A stretch of 63,234 nt of DNA, counting the filler, from Blastocystis sp. subtype 4 (Eukaryota), in NCBI RefSeq assembly GCF_000743755.1. It is 8 parts of 8 records of this genome, joined end to end, with 100 filler letters (N's around TTAATTAATTAA, not from the genome) between each part and the next. Parts side by side here need not be neighbours in the genome. Positions count along the whole stretch, not along the records: positions 50,195 to 63,234 come from NW_014569127.1; 7 more parts are not named here. One strand, given 5' to 3'. Below, in pieces: positions 54,901 through 63,234 of this stretch (positions are counted from its first letter, which is position 1; every line of letters starts with the position of its first letter). The position numbers and the translations under genes are program-made. A model generated the notes under the pieces. That model saw nothing but the letters and a program-made list of their open reading frames with translations, did no database searches and was not told the origin of the DNA.

Positions 54901-56991
54901 TTCCATTCAAGTAAACGATACATCCATAGCGGTAACGAATCGAGAGAATGACTCCTGACACTTCATCGAGAGAAGAAATGGTGAATGTCTTCTTGTAGAG
55001 CTGGATCTGGTTAGTCGAGTCAGGGAAAGAACCCACACTAGATTGTTCCCAGCCAGTCGTATCGGTACCGTACCAATTAGCAGGAACCTCACCCATTCTG
55101 TAATACCATTGTTCAGCAGCATGAATGGCATGACGACGCAGATAGTGAGTAATATCCAAAGCCAAGTTGGCATCATAACGAGCCCTCAACAACAGCTCCT
55201 CCGTGTTGCCAGGAAGCAGACTGTACACATAAATATAGGACTCAGATCTCCAGAAAGCCAGTGTGCCATAAAGAGTCACATCGAATCGTTCAGCAGTCAC
55301 ACACAGATAGTTGACAGTATCTGTGTTATCCGGATTCGTGTGACCAGTCATAACCTCCAATAGAATATCATCGTTGGCAGTGTTTCGGATACGGAAGCCT
55401 TCAGTACTAGCATTCGATCTGTAAGTACGCAAGATGCGAAGCATTGTTCCTTCACACTCAGTAAAGGTCATTGTTACAGTTCCAGTAATCGTTTCTCCAT
55501 TCAGCTGAGCAGAAATCGTATAAGTGGTTTGAGGAGCCGCAACAGAAGCAGTTCCAGTGATGGCACAGGTTGTAGGATTAACTGACAGACCTGTTGGAAG
55601 GGGAGTGGTAGATTGACAGTCGGTTACTCCAAAGATCGAGGGAACAATATCAACAACACTATAATGAGCATAATACTGGAAATCAGTTGTAGGATAAGGA
55701 ATCGATGTTGCAGCTGCAGCATTACATACCAAGAACTGTACCTCAAAAAGGTTAGTATATGTTGTACTGCCAGCAGTGATAGTCAGTCTCAAGGCAGGAT
55801 ACTTGGTAGAAGCGAGAGGATTCGACCATTCCTTCCATGTGAGCGAAGTGTACTCCTGTTCTGATGGATTGACGATCGTTGTCCATACTGCTGTTGATAC
55901 AGATTCTCCACCAGCCAAAGTAAAGGCAGTAGGAGATGAAGCTGGACTTGCGTAGGGCCAGATACGAATTCCATTCACAGCAGGGATAGAAGGACCACTA
56001 AATTCGACATTAATAACACCTGGCAAACTAGCAGCAACCATATAACCATATGTCACACGAGTCCATGAGAACACATAATTTACATTCACACAGGTCGTGG
56101 ACGAGGCTGTAAGATCATTAGGGACAATAACACAATCACTTGATGAGGACATCTTAGCCATAAACGAGAGATAACCATTGAAACTGATCGTTTCTTGGTA
56201 TTCAGCAGTCTCGAAGTGAATCTCAACAGCCATTACAGACTGCGACGTTTGAGCAACACTCGCTGAACGAATGATACCTCGATAAGATGCAGTCTGATAA
56301 CTACCAGTAGCCAGAGTACTAGATTGAACATCACCCTCAGCCATGTTATCACGATAAATCTCAACACCATTAATATAAGCCACAATACCACTACTGTAGT
56401 AGAAAGCAGCATCGATAGCAGCCATATCAGCAAGACCAGCAAACTGATAACGGAAGTATTGAGTTCCTGAAGAAGTCGCAGTGGTGCTACCAGTGGTAAT
56501 ATCACTCCAACCACTGGCATCGTAACTGTAAGTCTTCCAGTCACTTGCAAAACTGTTTGAGAACTTCCAAGAAGCTCCCTTGTTAATAGGAGAATATAGG
56601 GAAAACTCAGCAGTCTCGTCATGTGTTTCGGACATAAACGTCTTCAAAACAGGATTATCATTGATAGTACGGATCTCAATATAGCAACCATCAGCCCAAG
56701 AATCACCATAACTATCGTGCATCGCGAGAGTATACTGATAGTTCTGGCTAACCGCAAGGCAAGCCTCTATTTCTCGCAAATCAGCGTTAACAAGAGTGGG
56801 AGATGAATAAAGAGTTGTCGTTCCAGAGAGAATGTTAAATGATTCTTCGCTTGCATACGTAGTAGTTTTCTTTAGTATTTTGATGTATACCTCGTTGGAT
56901 TCACAGGTCACCTGAGAAACAGCGACAACAACTACGAGTAATTTCGATCTTATAATACACTACAGATAGCTAGAAAAACAATAAATTGCAT
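51986..56991 (-). CDS. Large type I membrane surface protein with repeated putative-Ig (He_PIG-like) and beta-sandwich domains
   Basis: Signal peptide MQFIVFLAI|FVVAVS, three LP[TS]GL..G.ISG motifs, three YxNG-type beta domains, Cys-rich modules, Val/Ile TM helix, basic tail. Confidence 0.85.
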
Positions 56992-58082
56992 CGTTAATAA
57001 ACGAAAAAATGATTACCAACTACGAAAAACCTCAGAGGAAAAAGAATTCTAATCGATAATTTCTTTTAACCGCTCGCTTGATAATCAATGCAATACCATT
57101 GGTCAAGAATTCTGATGTGTTCTTAGTAAACACTATTACGAAACACTCGTTTGTGGTATTTGGAATGTATAATTGACTTTCATCAAATACCGAAACTATC
57201 TAGTATTTGCGTCTAGTTTTGAGTACCTACAGTACATTATGACTGTTAATGATCTGTTTACTGTTAATACGTATTTTGCACTATTATTGAACTCAATCCG
57301 ATGAAATTGTAGTCATTATCCACATTCTTAAAGTCTTCTCTGATATGGCTGCCAGTACATGAGACTAAGCTCTTAACAATAGAATTCCATGACCAGGTGT
57401 TCAACATGAAGTGAATTGCTTTAGAGTAGCCCTTGTTGTGTTCATATGACACTTGCATTATTGGTTTGCTTTTATGTTTTATACACTTGGTACGACTAGT
57501 TTGAACACGAATAACTATCTGAAAACATACTATTCTTCTCATCTACTTTTTTCTATTTGCTTTTTGCCTGTGCTAACAAAGTGGAAAAACTATTAGCACA
57601 TCCATTTGTATACACTTCACAGAAACACATCTATATTCTTTCTGGACCTATACCAATGATTGTAAATGCGATTGGTCATCTCTTTATGGATAAAACACAA
57701 TGTGTTTCGGAAAACACTTCTGATTGTTCACAGAGATATATTACCATTATCTAGTGTATAACCCTCTTGAAATAGTAACATTTACCCTTGTGTTCAAAGA
57801 AAATAACACATTACAGATGCGATTAGGTACTATCGGATAAATGCTTCAATAATATAACGAGCTCTTCTACATTAATTTTACCAAACCAACACACAGTATT
57901 ACCTCAAATTGTTTTCTCCCAGTTTCAAGAGATAGGTCCCATATTAATATGCTTTCCATTTCTCTATATGTGTAATAATTGTTTTATGGATATGACTCTT
58001 AATGTTACATCCCTCATGGATCTAGTAAACTAGATATAACAACAATATTGCTATCCAACAAATAAAATGAAACCTATTAGTA

Positions 58083-59655
58083 TTAACGCCTCTTCTCAAT
58101 TGTCTTCCATCCATCCTCTTCTGTCTTTGGTTTGCTCTTCTTCTCTTGTACCTTCTTTTCCTGAGGTTTCTTTCCTCTCTTCGGTGCAGGTTTGGTCTCC
58201 TTCTTTGGTACCACAGGAGTAGGAGGCACAACAGGAACGTTACTGGAAGGAGTTACAGCCTCAGATACTGGTACTGAGTTCTTCAGAATACTTCGATAAT
58301 TCCTAGTCATCATTCTCACTTCCCATCCTCACAACTTCGGTTGATGTTTGTTTTGCTTACGAGTCCTACGGATCTTCTCAGTTGTCTCTTCATCCATCTC
58401 TCCTCGAAGCATATTCGTATAATCAACACTATCTACTGACAGAGAGCGAGGAACTCCATGCTGGATGGCCTGATCGATGGACATGGTACGTCCTTTCGAT
58501 ACCAGATCTTGATTTGCAGTCTCCACCATCTTCATCTTATTCACATCTCCATCACCTACTACTTCTTTCACATCCTCAGAAGCCACTGCTGGACAGCTCA
58601 GATCTGTTATACCCTTCACAATATTGCAGATCTCCTCCTTCGAGTATTTAATGTCGATTGGAGCTGGCTTCGGAGCTGTTGTCGATACCAGAGGAGGGAA
58701 CACGTCAGGTGACTGCAACTGAGGAACTACACTTGGCTGCACCACAGGACGCGAATGACGCTCATGATGACGATTGCCTCCCTTACGATTGGAACGGTTC
58801 TTACGACCCGCAGGTTTGCTATTCGTCATCCCCTCCTTTCATAACTACGCATCTGAAGTCATTGCAGACTGATTAAACATGCCACCCTGTGGGAATGCCA
58901 TCATCATAGGCTGACCCGAATATGGCATAAACAACATGGGCTGAGTGCCTGCAGGCACGATGAACTCAGCTGGGATTCCTTCAGGGGTGGTGGTCAACAT
59001 CTTCATCAAGTTCTTCATATATGACTCGTTCTTCACACGCGCCTTCACACTAGCTCCATGCAACTGTCGCTGACGCAAAGCTTCCACTGCTGAGATAGCA
59101 GTCTTCTCCGAGTCCACAACCACAAACCTAAATCATACTCCATCCTCTATCATACCATGTATTGCCAAACTCTGCTTTCAAACTTTCCACTGTAGCCAAT
59201 CCTTCAAACAAAGAACGAATCTCCTCCTCTGTCGTTCCTTCTGGAACATCCCGTAAAATAATGGTTTTCCGTTCAAACACAAAAGCAGGTTTAATTAAAA
59301 GATTTGCAGCATCAACTACCACACCTTCAGCACCCTTCAAGGCCTCCAAAATGTCGTCCATGCTTGTACTGAGATCTCTCACTTTCCGGAAACCGGCAAT
59401 TGTGGTCAGAGAAACATAGCCAGAGTCATTCATCAAAGACAGAAGATAACTATCCTTTGCGAGATTTTCCTGAGAGAAGTAGTACTCAATCTATCCATAA
59501 GGTGACAGAACAACAACACCTACTTGTTTCTTTAGAGCAGCCATCAGTTCTTCATGGGAGAGAGGCTGGGTGCTCTCTGTTTGTTGTGAAGTGGTTTCCG
59601 TAGAAGTCTAGAGCATTAACCGTCGTGATTGCGAAAATACAGTGACAGCAGCCAT
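58083..59655 (-). CDS. La-related RNA-binding protein (LARP4-like)
   Basis: La motif KKQ|IEYYFSQENLAKDSYLLSLM...AGFRKVRDL, then RRM RKTIILRDVPEGTTEEEIRSLF. Confidence 0.85.
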
Positions 59656-59762
59656 ATTAATATGATGTTATTCCAAACGACTTTAGTAACTACAAAGAGT
59701 AAAAGGCGGTTCTTTAAAACAGCCGTCGAAAGAAATCTAACGACTTTCAATGAGTGGTAGAA

Positions 59763-60524
59763 ATGACTAAAATTCGGCCGATTTCGCCTGTCAGTACGCG
59801 TGCCGTTTTCAACGTAAAGACACTTATGAGCGATATTGATAAAGAAATTGAAGAGGATAAGAAGCAGCATCCAAACTGCAGTTATTCTCAGCAATTGTAT
59901 AAGAAAGTACTGTTTCTTTCTTTCTTACATATAGTGCCACAATGTGAATGGAAAGATGACATGTGAAGAAATCCAACGGGTATTCCGTTCGTGTCCGGGA
60001 AAACGTCCTGTAAGGATTCGTTATTGTTGTGACGATAAGGTTGAAATTCAGCATAACGAAGTCCGTGACGACAATGATCTATTCATGGGTAACGAATATG
60101 AGGATGAGGATGAGTACTCTTCCTTTGACAGTTCATGGAATCAATCTGCAAATTTCGGTTTTCCAATGGAACGGGATCTGCAACAACTTGGAGGAATGAT
60201 GGATTTTCTTGGAGCTATGTTGGGAGCAATGGGATTTGATATGGCGGAAGGAGAAGAGTTCAATTATCCCCAGTCTTTTGAAGGTCGGTACGACGACTTT
60301 GCTCCTATTCCTCAAGAGAATTACTCTCAATCAGTACCACAATCTCAATCTCCACCTCCTCCTGTTGCGCCTCATACGTATTTTTGATTTGTTATCTATT
60401 AGGATAGAAATCATACAGCATCTGCTCCTCCAAAGCGATCAAGTGAGTGGTACATATCGTCCAATATATAGGTAAATCGAATCATCGTTATCAAGAATTT
60501 GAAGGGAAGACAAAAGAGTTTTAG
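59763..60524 (+). CDS. Hypothetical protein with a four-Cys N-terminal module
   Basis: Spliced ORFs 59754-59966, 59944-60387 and a short last exon ending FEGKTKEF*. Confidence 0.55.
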
Positions 60525-60551
60525 TTTTCCATGTTTGTCTCTCATACAATC

Positions 60552-61530
60552 ATGAACGAACCTTTTCAAACCGCTTCAGTGATAGATGCTTCTCCCGTTA
60601 AGTTCACCCGCATTACAGAACGGTTTGTCAGTGAGGTATTTGCCGTCTTTTCGTTTGTTACCTAGATTTCTGCTTTGAAGCAGGAGTTTCTTTCTTTAAC
60701 ACCGTTATTGGAAATGATGGCTGAGAATCCTTCACCTCTAATGGTCAAGCGCTTTGTTGACATTTCAAATCGTGTCGATGAATCCTTCGCAAGAATCTAT
60801 TTACGGTTAGGAGATATCAGTATTGTTTTCCAACTCTTTATGTGAGATGTAGAATTGGCGAAAGATCAAATACAAAAGTTAAAGGACAAAGTGTACGTAT
60901 TGGTTTGGGAGATCACTATTAGGGATCCTCGATGTGACCTTGTACGTTGGTTGTTTCTTTCTATGCCCATACGACGTATCTTCTTCACAGAACAAAAAGA
61001 ACATCGGAAAAGCAACTTGTTGGTTGTTGTAAGAGTTCTTCTCTTTGTTAACTGTAGTTTGATTATAGTAATCTTTTTTCTGTTAAACTAGTGGTTCGGG
61101 TGAAGGGAACTATATGCAAGACCAAAGACATCCAGATCTTTGGTGTAAATGAGAATCGAACTACTCCCTATTCTACTGAACTGGTAATTCCAAAACAGAA
61201 CATGTCATCCATTCTTTTATTCCGGCAAATGACTTGTGCTGCCAAACGTGTTGGTTCGTTTCCTTTCTATAACTGCTAGTTTATCCAATCCCTCCCTCCA
61301 AACAAAGAGAAAAATGTCTTCGATGTTCTACGGTGGTTGTTGCACTATGATGATTTGTATACTACCAAATGTGTTATATGTCATTCTCAAATGTCCAACT
61401 TTTCTTCTTCTTTCATTGTAGGCCCCTCACTGGACCAGATGCATTCTGTGTTCCTTCTCTTCGCCATTTTGATACTGGGTCACCTTACCACCCTAGTTGT
61501 TGCACCGGTGAGATGTTATTGCGGACTTAA
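60552..61530 (+). CDS. MED27: Mediator subunit 27-like (multi-exon)
   Basis: SSILLFRQMTCAA, WLLHYDDLYTTKCVIC...PSLRHFDTGSPYHPSC resemble the MED27 C-terminal zinc-binding region. Confidence 0.65.
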
Positions 61531-61594
61531 CTTCTGTTTGTATACAAACAAAGTCTGCTTTGCTCGATTCTATGCACATAGCCCACAGACCATC

Positions 61595-61829
61595 TTAGAT
61601 GTTCAGCTTAGTACGCTTCCAGTGACGACGCTTCGCATTGTATCTAAACCATTACTAACAGAAATTTGACAAACCTGATGGTATTTCCAGTACGAAGACG
61701 GAACCATTGAGGCAGAGGACGGTTCTGTCTCATCTTCTTGGCGAGAATTCTCTTAGTGCGGAATGACTTCTGAGAAGGCTACAATCTGATTAGGATGCAT
61801 TTTAGAAACATAAGATAAACACCTACCAT
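61595..61829 (-). CDS. RPL39: 60S ribosomal protein L39 (eL39)
   Basis: [51 protein letters not shown]; missed by ORF track. Confidence 0.97.
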
Positions 61830-61939
61830 CCAAATGAATCGATTCAAACGCAATCTATGAGAAATAAGTAAAATGAGTGGCCCAAATACATATCCAGGGG
61901 TATAATATGTACAAGAAACAGATCAGAGAAGAGAATAGA

Positions 61940-62973
61940 CTAAAAGTTCTGATCAACATACTTCAAACCTTTGCTGATCTGTGCCTGGATTACCGGAACA
62001 GCGGCATTGAAAGCCGTTTCCTCTCGGGTCGTGATATTTGTGGGAATAGGAAGCATCTTTTCCACGCCCTCCTTTCCCATCTCACATTGGCTGGCGAAGA
62101 AACTACATCCACGAACCTCCTGTTCCACATATGCAGGCATCACAATCCCTCTTTTCCCATCGAGTCCTGCAAGTACTGCATCTGCAAATACAGAACCCGC
62201 ATAGGCCATCGAAAGAGTAGCTGAACCCATTCCTGCCTTCGCGACGACAACTTCGTCTCCACCAAATTGAATTCTCTTTGTCACCGCTGGGACATCAAGC
62301 TTCTCGATCTTATGGTTGGGAAGTTGACTGAGTAGAGGAATGATGGTACGACCTGCATGGCCTCCTACAACGGGAATAATACACTCCGACTCGTTATCTC
62401 CAAGGGCTTCACTAATAAATGTTGAGGCACGAAGAGTATCCAATACAGTAACTCCCATAATCTTGCGTGGATCATGAACACCCATTTTCTTGTACACTTC
62501 TGAGTAAATAGGGACTGTAGAATTGACGGGATTTGTAATGACCAAAACAGGTGCCTTTGGACAGATCTCGGCACATGCCTTTGCCAGATCAAAAGAGATA
62601 CCTGCATTCACCATAAACAAGTCATCTCGAGTCATTCCAGGCTTACGAGGAAGTCCAGCGGAGACAATTACCATATTTGCTCCTTCCAAAGCCTCTTTGA
62701 GTTCTTTAGGTCCCTTGTAACCATTCACTTTGCATTTACTGTTGATATGAGAAAGATCCACAGCTACACCAGGAGAATTGGCGAGATCATACAAAGAGAG
62801 AGTAGAGACATATGGATTCACAGTCATCATCATCGAAAGAGGCTGACCAATTCCACCAGCTGCTCCTAAGATGGCTACCTTTGCTCCCTATGATGATATC
62901 AAAATAACATTCTTACAGAAGAAAATGAACGAATGAGAGTCTTCGAAGTGGTACCGATTGCTTTAGCAAACAT
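61940..62973 (-). CDS. MDH2: Malate dehydrogenase, mitochondrial type
   Basis: Targeting peptide MFAKAIGTTSKTLIRSFSS|, KVAILGAAGGIGQPL, AGLPRKPGMTRDDLF, ITNPVNSTVP, GGHAG, GSATLSMA. Confidence 0.96.
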
Positions 62974-63135
62974 CTACAATGATTATTTGGGAAGTCGAAG
63001 AGTTGTCATTTGAAAGCAATTTGATTGGTTCACGGATTATGAAACCATTACAAAATAAGGGATCCCCCATAAAGCAATCTGAGTCCAACAAACACTCCAA
63101 CGAGAATTTGTGCCATAAGAAACACTACTGCTAGT

Positions 63136-63234
63136 TTATCCACGGAAAGTGCAAGGTTTCTTAGCCAGGAACGTTGACTTGAACTTCTTTGACTCAGCAC
63201 GATACTGACGATGAGGAAGAGCGAACTTCAGATT
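63136..63234 (-). CDS. RPL18A: 60S ribosomal protein L18a (eL20), C-terminal fragment
   Basis: NLKFALPHRQYRAESKKFKSTFLAKKPCTFRG* matches the eL20 C-terminus. Confidence 0.85.
   Translation of the reverse strand, partial: NLKFALPHRQYRAESKKFKSTFLAKKPCTFRG

Overview
Eukaryotic, AT-rich, very gene-dense DNA with many ~27-35 nt GT-AG introns and a TGTTTGTT-type motif just past gene ends. This combination points to a Blastocystis nuclear genome (inference; probably a low-GC subtype). The window is not contiguous: eight contigs are joined by artificial 100-nt linkers (44 N + TTAATTAATTAA + 44 N), so neighbourhoods across linkers are not informative. Recognisable genes: RPL13, tRNA-Ala(TGC), a NIPBL/Scc2-like protein, UGDH, a multi-KH protein, a calmodulin-like protein, an ArfGAP, MTR4, PGM, PPAN/Ssf1, NDUFS8, an SR protein, an AGC kinase, DGAT2-family and DHHC acyltransferases, pICln, a DDT/PHD protein, INCENP, GMD, ClpB/Hsp101, MSH4, a UCP-like carrier, MCTS1, prohibitin, RPL3, a ~1,660-aa Ig-like surface protein, a LARP4-like protein, MED27, RPL39, MDH and RPL18A. 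The most interesting signals concern RNA processing: stop codons apparently completed by polyadenylation, back-to-back (once perfectly palindromic) poly(A) signals shared by convergent genes, AT-initiated U12-type mini-introns, a GA-AG intron, and a 311-nt structured prohibitin intron that probably hosts an ncRNA. Also notable are a degenerate photolyase-like gene, a SAP-containing INCENP and a tRNA-like Pol III promoter element. Splice models and protein identities were read by eye and need RNA-seq and HMM confirmation.
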